A stretch of 64,000 nt of DNA from Epithemia pelagica (lineage: Eukaryota > Protista > Bacillariophyta), in NCBI GenBank assembly GCA_946965045.2, contig OX337234.1, positions 2,294,001-2,358,000 on the forward strand, in the 5' to 3' direction. The notes below the pieces were generated by a model. It worked only from the letters and a program-made list of their open reading frames with translations. It was not told where the DNA came from and ran no database searches. Both the position numbers and the translations under genes were made by a program. Below are positions 33,130-45,616 of this stretch, one piece after another (the first letter of the stretch is position 1; each line of letters opens with the position of its first letter).

Positions 33130-36100
33130 CTAGTTTTCGCTGAGTATTGCACCCTCTTCTCGGTCGAAGACAAAGAAGCTTCCTGCGTTGATGATCGATC
33201 CATCATAATCAGCAGTCGGTGCACCCCCTACAACCCGAATGGTCGTCTCAGCACTTGCATCATTGCCATTGTTGCTCAAAGAGGATACTGAAAGTGCAAC
33301 AGATGATCCCATATTTGACCCCAGAGGTCCACCAATTTTGCTACCTTCTTGAACCCATTGAGAGGAATCCTCATTGTACATCCACACTTGAATGTGACCA
33401 CTGCCTGTCCCGAACTCAGAGCTCTCTGGTGCACCAATCGCCAAAGTGTTCCCATCCTTGGACAGAGTGACCGATGCGCCCAAGCCATCACCTGCGCTAT
33501 CTCCTACAAAGATTTGGTCATCACTCGTCCATGATTCCTGTCCATCTGCTTCGACTTGATGACGGAAGACTTTTACAAATCCAGGATCAAAAGCCGTCCC
33601 TCGTGCTCCTACTGCCAGGATTGTTCCGTCATCCGAAAGGGCAACAGATTCTCCAAATCTCTGCAGTATTTCAGTCCCTGAAAGTTCTGGACCAACTTGC
33701 CGCCATTGCTGATCCGACGGCGTCCATTCAAAGACACGAGCTAATCCTCGGTCCGTGTCAAAGGACGGTGATCCAACTGCTACTCGATTGTTTCGAAGTG
33801 AGACAGACCAACCAAACAGCTCATTTGAATGAGTACCTTTCAAAACATGGTTTTCGTCATCGTTGCTTGAGCCCAAACGAACCCACGAAGGGGACTCTGC
33901 AGGATCGGTCTTTGGAATCTGCTGGTATACATGGACAAATCCCGTCACCGATGCTTGTTGAGATTCAAATAGCGGGGCTCCCACTGCCAACATCATTCCG
34001 TCCGGTGAGAGATCTATCGCATGTCCGAAACCAGTCAAACTCTCGTCACTGCTCTGAAGACCAGTTGTGTTGTCTAATTGATGGTCATATGACAGTGAAA
34101 CAGAAGACTGCCATCCTCTGGCTTCGTTGAATATTTGAACAATACCGCCTTGTACGTAGAAAGGATACCCCACAGCAACAAGGCTGGCGTCATCTGAAAT
34201 GGACAAGGAACTTACTGGGTTTAGGTTGGCCCCAACCCCCGGCAATGTGTACATGACCTGCCATTCGTTGGTCGTAATAGTGGTTCCATTGACTTCTCTG
34301 TCGACGGTTCTTTCTTCGAGTATAGTTGTTTCGCCAACATTCACTTGGTCGCCTTGTTCTGCTCCAGGTGTAGAAACAACTACCCGAGCACCGTTGCTGG
34401 AAATTGCCACTGCACTTCCAAAGAGTAAGAGATCTTGTTTTTCACCAGCCGCAAATGTTTGGCTCCCCACCAAATTCCATCCGGTGATGATGGGGATTTC
34501 GGGTGGTCCATTGTTATTACCTGCACCAAATCCGGAAATGGCACTCATAATAACCGAAACAATACCAACAATCGAGAAGCAAAGTGCCATTGCTTGAACC
34601 AACCGCAAGCGACGCACCAATTTCGGATCGACCTCATATTCATACTCATCATCTTCGACAATATTACCTTCGAAAACTTCTCTTTCGTAGATTTCTGCTT
34701 GCAAAGCACCCCCTTGGAGGATGATGGCGGCTTGCTCTAGATCATACTCATCAGGATCCTCGTCTTCGTCCTCTCCCCCATTTAACCCCTGTGGTCCGTC
34801 GACCAGGAACTCGCTACTAGGATCAAGAAATGTGGACGCCGCGGACCGAAGCTCTTGCGGACCTTCCGCATTGTAGTTGTTTTCTTCAAGATCATCATTA
34901 TAGTTCATAACGGTGGAAGCGGAATCTTCATTGGCATCCATGCCTTGAATGGCAAAGGCTCCTGGTCGGACTTGAATCCCTGCATCGGCTTCCAAATCGA
35001 CCTCATCGTCCTGCTCTTGCCGCGAAGGTTCCAGGGCCCGGGCAGGCGTAGGGGGAACAAAGGCGGCCCAATTGGTACCTTGTACATTGCCATTTTCGTT
35101 CAACGTACGTGGTCCAAGTGCCATCTCCCGAAGCTGACGTTCAGCGGCTTCCAGGCTACCGAGACCTTCCGAGGGTGCCGCAGACACGTTCGATTGACCG
35201 CCACTGAAGTGTCGAGCGGGCGCCATGGCCAATGCAGGTGCATCTCCTTGCCGTTGATTTTCTCGAGCCAATTTGGCTTGGACGCGATCTTCGCCCATGG
35301 ATGTCGCTTGCATTGGATACGCTCTTGAGCTCGATGGCTGTAGGGCTGGAGATGGTGCGGCACCAGCATTCACAACACCATCGGAACTTGCCAGCCTATT
35401 GTCACCTACAACCATGTCAGTATCCAGGTTCGTCCATGCCGTGTTTCGAACCATGGTGTTGGAGGTTCCGCAAGCCAAGGAAGGACCCGAATCTTCTTGC
35501 ACCTTGCTTCGTGTTCGACTTTGTTCTTGAACAGCGGCTTCTCCTCGGACGGAGAATCGACTGGATCGTGGTACAGCTCTTGCCAACTGGACGGTTTCAT
35601 CTCCACCCTCATTGTCCTGCGTCGACAGTTGTCGCAGAAGGGAGGTAGTGGAAGCAAAGCTCTGAGAAAAGGAAGACGGAGGTGTCGTCGTTGAATCTCC
35701 AACGGCTTGTAAGGCAGTGTCTGGCATTGGGTTCTGTGAAGAAGAACCATCTTGTCCTTCTTCTTGTGCCTCTTCTTGGTTACCTCGCGAGTCACCTTGA
35801 CTCATCTCTTGTTGTCGGCGAGCCATGTACGAGGATCGCCGACGTGCCACCATCATGGCGGCCGCCGATTCCGTGGCCGATGGTTTCCGGTCCTCTACGA
35901 GATCGGATACCGTCCTCCCCTGCACCGCTGCATCGGAAGAAGCCCTGGAATCCACCCACTCCTCGGCTCGTGGCGAAACCATGGGAAGAGGTGTTGCTGT
36001 ATCCTTGGAGGAATCCACGTTTCGGGACCAGGAGGCACGGCGAGGAGACATGCGAGGCGACGCAGAACCGGACATGGACAATCGCTGTTTCTGTTTCATA

Positions 36101-36978
36101 TTGTGTTCCTTCTCGGCCAGTGTTTCCGCCACAGCCTGTGAGACGGCCAACGACGTCGCTTCTTGTTCGTTGCGTGGAGGAGGAGGTGTAGCGTCTGGGG
36201 TTTCAGCTTCATGGTCTGCTGGAGCACTCCTGTTACCTATTTTGTTCTTGTCCGTTTGCTTGTCTTGAAGAATTCCAATGGCAATGACACCTCCATCGGT
36301 TTCTTCTTCCTCGTCGTCCTCCTCGTGGGCTGGGTGAAACTTGGTTGCTTTGACACGATGGTGGTCGTTCTCACTATCACTGCTGTCCACACTCTCGTCA
36401 TCCTCGTTTCCTCCTTCTTGGTCATCATGTTTCTTTCCTCTTTGTTGTTGCCCTTGTCGTCGAAAGAGGGGATTCAAACGCAACATGCCACTCCCTCGAT
36501 TCGCTTTTCTGGGTGGTGAATCGTGACCTGCTACAACATCCAGAACACAAACAACACGGCATAAAAATGAGGACAGAGTGAAAAAGAGAAACCAAAGAAA
36601 AGAACGAGACGATTTTCACATACCGTGTGCCGCGGGCTCGTTTGTCCCAGCCGAACGCAATGGGGAGGAATGAGGATCGCGCAATGCAGCCCGCTTTGCC
36701 ACTGGCGAATGGGTTCTGGCATCTTTATCGGGCGAAGATGATGATGTAGGAAGAGGAGAAGTCTTGGTCAGGTTGTTCTTGTGTTTGTTGTGATGGTCGT
36801 TGTTGTTGGAAGAAGAAGAAGAGGAGACGGTCGCCGGGGAACTGGCCCCTGTCGAATTGGATCGAGCCTGCGAATCCTCATGAGTGCCAGTCTGATTCGG
36901 AGTCTTTTGTTGGTGTTGGTGGTTGTTGCCACCCGTCTGTTGGTGTGAGGAGTCTTTGGTCGAGAATGGTGTATTCAT
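33130..36978 (-). CDS. Single-pass membrane protein with C-terminal FG-GAP-like beta-propeller; upstream exon 36978-36624, intron 36528-36623
   Basis: Long disordered N-terminus with a PGAFA motif, TM (ALCFSIVGIVSVIMSAI), and repeats FGSAVAIS, FGHAIDLS, FGWSVSL, FGESVALS, GASVTLS, GSSVALS. A phase-1 intron joins the upstream ORF in frame. Confidence 0.8.
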
Positions 36979-38339
36979 CCTTCTTGTTTGCGTCGTCTTG
37001 GATGCAATGGGTATTCGTCGTGAAAGCCAAGACTGCCGCAATACAAGAACGTCAAGTTTGTTTTATGAGAGAGAAGAAAACCGTTGGATCGACACTCGAG
37101 GAAATCGGCAGCACAGGAAGACTCTAGAGCATTTATGATCTTGAAGAAACAAGGAGTAGTACGAATGACAAATGACTCTGGCGTTGGTTCCACGAACAGG
37201 CCATTACACCAACTGAGACTACAAGCAAGGGAGAAGGTTTTTGTGTGAGAGAGAATCGGCCCCTTCGAACCTGACACATGTTTGTGGGATTCATAGTTCC
37301 AATGACCTTTGTAGTCTTGCTCATTGCTCACAATTTATAGCGTCTTTTCAATGAGATGGTAGTAGAGCAGCAAGGGATGATAGGAGGCGCTTTTCCAGCA
37401 AATTACATGGCACGAGAGAACACACTCTGCTATCATCCACACAGTAGGCTGATGGTGAAGAGGTGTAACTCCCACAAACTACTGAAGGAGGAGGCGGATA
37501 CTGGTTGCGGTTGGCAGTGGGAGTCTATTCGTGTTTTCGTGGGGGGACGAGACTTGTTGGAGTCTGCTGGAGGATTGATTGATTGATCGAGCGATGACGA
37601 CTTACCAGCAGAGTGGGCAGATGGTTACAACCACAAAGCACTACTGTGGTGGTGTTGGTTCTTCAAGAAGCCAGGAGGAGGCGGGGGATTAGATTCCAAA
37701 AAAACAGACTGTATCTCTCCAGGAACTGGCAACACGCACACAACCTGAGAACGGACGACGAGTACACCACGTTCGACGACGGCAAGGGACATTTTTTTCT
37801 GTTGTTCTCGTTTGGTTCTGCCAACCAGAATACGCGCATGTGTGTAAGCTTAGGCGTTGGTGGACTTGATCCCGCCGCGTTACATCGTGAACACCACATG
37901 TGCGTAATCTACTCTGTTGTGGAGTGAGGTGTCCGTTCCACAAATAATGTTTCTCCATGTTGTACTTCTTGATTGCAACAAACATCGGCCGGTCAAAAGT
38001 GTGTGTGAAAGAGAAGAAGAAGATGTGAAAGAGGCGGAAGACAACGACAACACACACCAAGCGTCATTCGCCCCATCGTAGAGGTCCATCATGTCCACTG
38101 ACCAATCAAATCCAAGAAATGGGTCGCCGCAACAAGCAAAAAAATGGGTATCAAAATGAGCCAATCAGAAATACGGGAAGACCTGGAACTGGAACCCGCG
38201 CTGTTGAGCGACTCAGATACGATTAATATTATTTATGCCCCTAACCCGGACTCCAACTCCAGCCATTTTCAAATTTTAAAACTTTATGCATCGCTTTTCG
38301 CCCCCAAAATTTGTTGATTTCTGTTGTGGTGTGGTCACC

Positions 38340-39311
38340 ATGGTGAGGAAAAGCAAGCAAGCGTCAGGAAATGCGACCTTGACACATTATGAGCGTCGTC
38401 ACAAGTTGACAGCCGACCATGGTACATTGGAACGTCGATTGGCGGGCCATGCGCAGTACCAACTCGGGGATTGTGGTTTGTCTCTGACTGCTCTCAGCGA
38501 CAAGTCGCGTGTCCTGTGTTCTCCGTCGGGATATTTGTACGAAGATCAAGCCATTTTGGAATACCTCATTACACAAACGCAAGAAATCAAAGAAAAAATG
38601 AACAAAGAGGCTGTTGAGAGGGCGACCAAAGAATCCGCTGTAAAGGATGAAGAGGAAGTCACCAGAGCCAAACGAAAGGCGGCCTTTGACTCGTCCCAAC
38701 AATGGATGAAAAAGAACAAGTCGTCGACCTCGTCCAACGATGCATCATCGATTATTGTGGATACAGAGGCAGCCAAGACGGATCTGCGACGAACCTCCTA
38801 TTGGTTGGCGGAAGCACAGCCAGTCTTGACCGAGTCGCAGTCGACTAAGGTTGCTTCCACTCGTCCACTCTCTCCCCATTCTCAACAACCCTTGAGACGC
38901 AAAGATTTATGGCCCGTCCAGCTGGAATTTGAAAAGAGTGCTAGTTCCACAGCTGCCTCGTCGTCACATGACAAGTCCTTGGTCCTATGTAGTTTGACGG
39001 GAAAGCTCATTCGAACACAAGCGGCTGTGGCGTATTGGACGACCAATCGATGTACTGAGGAACCAGGCCAAGTGGTTTTGCAAGAAGAAGGTTTTGAGCA
39101 ACTCATTGTCAAGGGTGGAGTTTCAACAAAGGATAGCACAAAAACGGATGGAAAACCAAGCAAAAAGAAACCAGACAAGAAACAAGTGCTGTATTGTCCG
39201 CGGACAAACCTGCGTATCAAACATACGCGTGTCTTGCAACGAAGTGGATCTAGTTTTGCCACGTCCGGACAAGCTACCGTCGTCCAAACTTATAGACCTA
39301 CCATGACATGA
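38340..39311 (+). CDS. NOSIP: Nitric oxide synthase-interacting protein-like E3 ligase
   Basis: MVRKSK..LTHYER, DCGLSL, CSPSGYLYEDQAILEYL, RTSYWL, LQRSGSSFA. Confidence 0.85.
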   Translation: MVRKSKQASGNATLTHYERRHKLTADHGTLERRLAGHAQYQLGDCGLSLTALSDKSRVLCSPSGYLYEDQAILEYLITQTQEIKEKMNKEAVERATKESAVKDEEEVTRAKRKAAFDSSQQWMKKNKSSTSSNDASSIIVDTEAAKTDLRRTSYWLAEAQPVLTESQSTKVASTRPLSPHSQQPLRRKDLWPVQLEFEKSASSTAASSSHDKSLVLCSLTGKLIRTQAAVAYWTTNRCTEEPGQVVLQEEGFEQLIVKGGVSTKDSTKTDGKPSKKKPDKKQVLYCPRTNLRIKHTRVLQRSGSSFATSGQATVVQTYRPTMT

Positions 39312-39999
39312 ACGAAAGACAAGATCATTGTTTGTTTGGTTGCAACCGCTCGCTGGCAGAAAAGATGGGTGGTATCTTTCGAGAAACGATTTTTTGATGT
39401 CATTGTTCCCCGAAATAGTGGACTTTGAAATATTCAAAAATCAGTACACCTCTGTGAAAGAGCACACTACCGATAAACTGAATGGTGCTTTCAGAGATGA
39501 ATTGAACAAACGGATAGAAAGAAGTGCACTACACACTGTAGTGCGTCTTGTTGAGGATATTTTGTGACGTCATTACCGTTTTAGTTCTCTAACGGACTCA
39601 GTCAAGGATGGTGGGATCGACCATGTCAAAGGATTTTGACCATTGCCAATGTCGATTTCTGGCGATGGAAGTGGTTGCTTACGGTTGCATATCCTCCCTA
39701 GCTTGTACTTTGTTGTCGCAGTTTCTGCCTCCTTTTGCTCGTTTGGGACTGTGTCTCGAACGTAAACCAAGCGAATCAGGGACAGGCAGGTTTGATAAGA
39801 TAATCGGGCCAAGTAGATGCTTCATTTACTCAGAGTACCAGGAAGGAGGATCTTACACCATAGGGGAGTACTCCTAGTGCGGAGCATCGGCTACCGGTAG
39901 CTGGTAGTGCAAAGCGGTACATAGTTTTTTGACAGGATAGTTGGTCGGTCGCGTTGGGGGCTTGGGCTTGGGGTCTTGTGAAACGATTTTCTGCCATTT

Positions 40000-40153
40000 T
40001 AAGAAAGTATGTATGTCGTACGTATGAAAATCGAGAAGATAGGGAGTAGTGACTCTGTAACCTATATTTTAGTTCACTTCTTTGTTTTGGAATGACTTTT
40101 GTACCCGTGCACCCATGACGGTGCTCCGTATGCCCAACGGACGGGTTTTCTTA
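40000..40153 (+). repeat. 5' LTR of element A (TAAGAAA...TTTCTTA)
   Basis: Exact copy at 63335-63488. Confidence 0.92.
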
Positions 40154-40167
40154 GTTTATCAGACCCA
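40154..40167 (+). other. Putative primer-binding site of A (complement of an Ile-type anticodon stem-loop)
   Basis: GTTTATCAGACCCA; reverse complement GGGT-CTGATAA-AC. Confidence 0.5.
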
Positions 40168-41025
40168 AACTGGCCGACAACATGGAAGTAGACGGTCCAA
40201 TGCCTGGACAGATGGCTGCGATCGTTGGCGTAATGCCCCAAGCCGGTAAGGCAAACCGACAGATATAACCCAAATGTCGGGGCTCATTGGTTGACCTATT
40301 GCACCTGTGAATGGGCTCGTGCAGGCACAATGATAATGGTACGTTACTATCGTTTGGCGCTACCGTTGTCTGCGAAAAGGTGCGCATTTTGGGGGGAATG
40401 GCGACGGCCTTCCCTACTGGATCCATCCCAGTGAACCAGATCCGCCATGGTTGCGGAATTCGAAATCAGAACGCATCCCAAAACCAGTTATATGTGTGAT
40501 TCGCATTTTACCCTGGGAAAATGGTCCAGAGAATATTCCTGGGACCACTTTTCATGTGGATGAAATGGGGGCATGTGTCCGAAACAGCCTTCTCAACGGA
40601 GGGGGGGGGGGGTACTCATTGTTGCACAGTGCTGAATTTTGGAATAAGTACAGTGTCGCACCGCAACCGTTTGGGACTTGTCTCACATTTTGCGGTTTGT
40701 TATCCCTCTGGCCGAGAGCACATGAGCTTAGCTCTATGTGAGGCCTTCCACTGCAGTACAAAATATACCTAGACGTGGTTCGGGTGTCTTGTGGAACCGA
40801 CGAAAAGACTTTTCCGGGCTCCTATGTGGATCTAGCCAATTAGGGCCAAGATCATGTGGGTTAGGTCTGGCACGACCGATTTTGAGCAACAATCAAGGAT
40901 TGTGTGCAACCCAGTAGTGGTTCTACGTAGGTAATGGATTAAAATCATGGCAAAACTTGTCTTGGAAAGCTCACTTTTGAGGAAGTGTTTCAAGAAGTTA
41001 CGAGTTGATTGTTGTTTTGACTACC

Positions 41026-42517
41026 ATGGCCGCTCCAGCTGCAATGCGTCAGGCGTTCATCCGCCTCCAGTTCTCCAACCCGGCATCCCAGTACCTTGTG
41101 GACCGCCAAGGACTCTCCTCGATCGAAGATCTCCGCGACTTGGACGACGACGGCGTCACCAATCTCTGCAAGGCCGTCCGTCGCCCCGGTGGTGTCCAAG
41201 CTCCTCCTGCCGCTGCGGCAGGAGTTGCAGCTCCGCCGCCTGTCCCTAATCCAGGCTTTGAGGTTTCTATCCTAGCCGAGACGAATCTCAAGTTGGCATG
41301 TTACTTTGTCCGCCACCGTATCCGCATCGATCGGGCCACCACGCCGAACGATTTGACGATGGCGAACATTCGCCCTATGCGAGACCTCAAGGAATATGAG
41401 ACCATGCACGATGATCCGGAAGCACCCGAGCTCGACAATTGTGACTGGCCGCGGAACATCGAGTTGATCAAGGAGTATTTCGCCGAGTGCCGAGGCACGT
41501 CCGGTGATCCGGACGGACGAATTCCCCGGAGCTGACCCGCAAGGTGGATTTGAGTCCGACGAGGCCGAGATGATTGCACGCGCTCGTCACCGTGTTGGAA
41601 ACGGACCGAACGACGGTTTTACCCGTCAGTACTTGCAGGATCGGGCCAAGGTTTGGATCCGTTTGTCCGCTATGTGTGAACGGATGGATTGCTCGACCTA
41701 CATCCGCAAGGCGAGCCGAAATCGCGACGGGCGAGCGGCTTATCAAGCCTTGTTTGACCATTACTTAGGGCCGAACAACGCGAACAATTTGGCCAACGAA
41801 GCTGAACGGAAACTTATGAACACGAGTTACAACGGTGAACATAAACGGTTCAACTTCGAGAAATACTGTAAGACCCACGTGAATCATCACGCGATCTTAG
41901 AAGGATTACGCCAGCAGGGCGTTCATCCTGGCATCGATGACCGTTCTAAGGTTCGGCATCTGATGGACGGAATCAAGACCGACCAATTTCAAGCAGTGAA
42001 GACGCGAATCATGTTGGACGATTCCCTACAAGCCGATTTCACTCGTGCCGTCTCCTTGTTTAAGGATTTCTTAGCACAGCGTCCATCGGCTAGTCAGTCT
42101 CAAGTATCGAGTATCAGTACCAAGACTGATTCTAATTCTGGTAAGACTAAGTCTGGGGGGAAGGCTAGTGGCGGCGTAGAAGACCGATATTATAAGAAAG
42201 ACAAATATCAGAAGCTTTCTCACGCCCAGCGCAAGAAGTTGAAGGAAATGCGGGAGAATCGCACGGGCAAGGGCGATTCCAGCAAGCCCAAAGAGATGAA
42301 GTTCTTTTCCAAGAAGTTTCAGAGGAACATCGCTGCCCTGTCCGTTCTCGCGAAGAATTCAATGAGCTTGCCCCCATTGCGCGATCCACCTCGAGCCAGC
42401 GGCAATGACTCATCGTCCGATAGTTCCGATGATGATGCCAAGCCTGCGGCAAAGCGCAAGTCCGAGTCGAATCGCGACAATCCGGCGCTAACCCGCCAGA
42501 AGAAGTCACGGAAATGA
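41026..42517 (+). pseudogene. gag of element A, frameshifted by a small deletion near 41510
   Basis: Frame change at GTSG|VIRT, where the usual IPLAY-like residues appear missing; EMIARA, LFDHYLG, YNGEHKRFNFEKY, NRDNPALTRQ. Confidence 0.8.
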
Positions 42518-43937
42518 GCGGTGGTCCGCTCAGTGCGTGTCGGTGCGGTCGACACGTCCGACGAGGGCGAGTCTCGTACTGAGCTTGATAGTCATGCGGA
42601 CACGTGTGTTGTTGGAAGGTCTGCGATGGTTGTACAGGACTACGGCCGCCCTGTGGATGTCAAGGGATATGATTCTTCTCAGGGTGTGGTTCACAAGAGT
42701 TGCAAGACGATAAGTGCAGCTCTAGCTTACGATTGCCCCGATACCGGTGAAGTATTGATCCTAATCGTGAACCAGGCCATTTATATACCATTGCTTACTC
42801 ACAACCTCCTATGTCCTATGCAGTTGTGGATGAATGACGTGCAAGTTTCGGACCAACCGAAATTCTTGACCGATAATCCCGACGATAAGACACACGCACT
42901 GGTCCTGAAAGACCAGGACGATGAGGATTTTGTGATACCCCTTGATTTATGTGGTGTCACTTCCTATTTCCCTACAAGGACCCCCACTTCCGACAAATAT
43001 GCTTCATGTCGTCGCTTTGATTTGACTAGTCCCGACCCGCCGTGGGACCCCCGAGATGACTCTTTCGCTCGGGATGAAATGTCGGCCCGAGCGGCCCTCC
43101 AACGATCGATTTCCACCGTTCGCTCAAGGGGACCCAATGACCCTTTCACGACTTTGCTTTCCGATTCGCGACCGTTGGAAACCGCATGCTTCGCGACTGC
43201 TCTGCAAGCACGCGTGGCGACTCTTTCCGTTACACAAACTACCTCTTCTGGAAAAGCTATCGATGCCAAGACTTTGGCACGTCGATGGGGATGTGGATTG
43301 GAACGTGCTGCGGATACCCTTCGAGTGACGACGCAACGTGGTCTACGTACCACATTGAACCCTCTGACCAAGAGGTTCACGACGAACGACCGGTTCCACC
43401 GATACCGGCCATTGCCTCATGCCTTATTCACGGACACTATGTTTTCGAAGGTGAAGTCTAGGCTGGGTAATACTTGTGCTCAAGTCTTCACGGCAAGGAA
43501 TGGATGGACTAGAGCGTACCCTCTGGCCTCGAAAGGCGATGCACACGAAGCTTTGTCGCTGTTGCTCCAGAGGGAAGGCCGTCCACCGGAACTAATCATG
43601 GATGGTGCCGCGGAACAGGTCAAGGGCAAGTTCAGGAAGAAGTCTAGAGAGGCTGGTTGTCGAGTGAAACAGTTGGAGCCCTATACTCCATGGGCAAATG
43701 CGGCTGAGAGTGCAATTAGGGAGTTGAAGCGTGGTACCGGACGGAAAATGGTCTCTACTAAATCTCCCAAGGTATTGTGGGATCATTGCCTCGAGTTGGA
43801 AGCCTATATCAGATCGACTACATGTCATAGTAATTTCGAGCTGTCAAGTCAAGTCCCGGAAACGGCAATGTACGTTGAGACCTTTGACATTTCACTCTTG
43901 GCTGGATATGGGTGGTACGACTGGGTTTACTACTACG
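42518..43937 (+). CDS. pol of A, 5' part (protease + integrase), cut by B at 43937
   Basis: ELDSHADTC protease; FTDTMF, IMDGA, ANAAESAIRELK integrase triad. Confidence 0.85.
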
Positions 43938-44745
43938 TGTTAGAATTCTCACCGTCTATGGTGGTTAGATTCTACATCTCATCGATTCCCCATGTCACAT
44001 AGCCTCGTGCTATCGCATCATGCCATCTAGCTTCGAGCTATGTTCCCTAGCTTCGCGCTATATCGACCTATATTTCTTCGCAAATCATGAAAAGTGAGAA
44101 TAGATTGACGAACTCACTCTCAAGACTAAACTGGGTCGTGCGGTATTACAACGGACGTAAATTTGGCCGTTGCTCGGACATTATACTAACGCCCTAAGCG
44201 TACGCGCCCGAAATCATCGAGCGCGCCCAAGCGACATCCGAGCGCTGTCGGCATCTATCCGACCCAACGGTCTAAGTATCCCAAGCACGACACACGATCA
44301 CGCGAGACCATATTTCCATTCCCACAATCTCCAAATTGTCAACAAGCTGCGCGCCATGAAAACAACTATGCCAATCCAAAGCAAGAGCTGTTGACCCTGT
44401 ATATGTTATCCGTCCACTAATACATGTCATATACATCACATGAATCGACTCCAACTATTCCAAACCTGTTGCCGCCAAGAACCTATGACACATGACCCTT
44501 GGCAGGACCGAACATTTCACGTAGACCTATCGTAGTAATCAACACACAATCGAACAATATCACCATTTATCACATCCTCTTTTGTGTCCCGACTATCCTT
44601 TTGATAGACTACGACTTGCTTTCCTCTCTTACCCGTGGAGAGGTTTGTATCGGTTGGTGACTACCTGATTGTCTGCTCTACCGAGCATCAACGCCACTGC
44701 AATTCCAAGAGAATTATCCCCCATGAGTTTGAAAGAATTGTAACA
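43938..44745 (+). repeat. 5' LTR of element B
   Basis: Copy at 59745-60552. Confidence 0.95.
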
Positions 44746-44756
44746 GATTAACAGTC
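44746..44756 (+). other. Putative primer-binding site of B (complement of tRNA-Asn anticodon stem-loop)
   Basis: GATTAACAGTC; reverse complement GA-CTGTTAA-TC. Confidence 0.6.
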
Positions 44757-44781
44757 TCAAAGCTTATTTCCTTGTGGTTTC

Positions 44782-45561
44782 ATGGATACTAACGAGCTTA
44801 TCACTCCTGTACGACAGATCTATCGAGCCAACCTGCATTCCGGGCAGCCCGATACCCTGGTGCAGCAGGAACTGGTGCCGACGCCGAAGGCAGCCAACAC
44901 ATTGGTCAACATCTCCGTCGACAGTTCCAACAGCAACCCATTCGAGACTCCAACCCAGCCTCACACTCCGATCCCTGCGCCGTTGCTTCGGCCCCCGAGT
45001 CCGCCTCGTCGGCTCGTCCCTTCTCGATCCCGTTGTACTACCCGGTTGATTGCTGATCATATCAAGTACTTCCGTCAACCAACTTCTTCGACCTTCGATC
45101 CCGAGATCGTCCGTGGGGAGACCCAGATCGAACGCCAGTTCCAATCGGTGACCCATATCGTCGACCAAGAAGACATTGAACGTCTGAGCGACCAACTTCA
45201 TCGCTCTCCGAGGCGTCGCCTCATCTTGGCCGCCCTCTCGGGCAACCCCATCCGTACTGTCCACCTCCGCTTCCTAACCTTCGAGCGCCCAACTGGATAC
45301 TACAATACCATCTACGTCGTGAACGCGACGACTTGCCCTCTGCCTCCTAACGTTGTACGCCTAGAAAACTACGTTGCCTACATCCACGAGGTCCATACCA
45401 TCGAGGACCATCGTGCAACTATCTTCCCTTTGCGTGCCGAGGCCGAGAACCACTTGGCTGAAGGTGATACCCCTTCTTCTGTTGCTTGTGCTGCCCCATC
45501 TGAGCCTGGAAACGACTCTAATTATTCGGAAGAGAGTGGAGATTCGGAAACCGAAGCTTAA
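44782..45561 (+). CDS. Extra sense ORF upstream of gag in element B, unknown function
   Basis: Intact 259-aa ATG-initiated ORF between PBS and gag; Pro-rich N-part, globular-looking core, acidic tail. Confidence 0.7.
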   Translation: MDTNELITPVRQIYRANLHSGQPDTLVQQELVPTPKAANTLVNISVDSSNSNPFETPTQPHTPIPAPLLRPPSPPRRLVPSRSRCTTRLIADHIKYFRQPTSSTFDPEIVRGETQIERQFQSVTHIVDQEDIERLSDQLHRSPRRRLILAALSGNPIRTVHLRFLTFERPTGYYNTIYVVNATTCPLPPNVVRLENYVAYIHEVHTIEDHRATIFPLRAEAENHLAEGDTPSSVACAAPSEPGNDSNYSEESGDSETEA

Positions 45562-45616
45562 TTACTCATAGTTAACTCCCGTCCTCTCAGAACCTTTCCA
45601 AGACTTAAACTCAACG

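Noticed and set aside
39328-39567. 79-aa ORF after NOSIP
   Set aside because: Non-ATG start, short, no recognisable homology.
7597-39874. Recurrent TACTCC/GGAGTA in intergenic DNA (e.g. 7597, 9995, 15954, 17579, 17661, 39865)
   Set aside because: A hexamer is expected about 20 times on two strands in 40 kb, so no enrichment is evident.
40601-40612. Poly-G run in the leader of A
   Set aside because: Single homopolymer of unreliable length; no four-tract G-quadruplex pattern.
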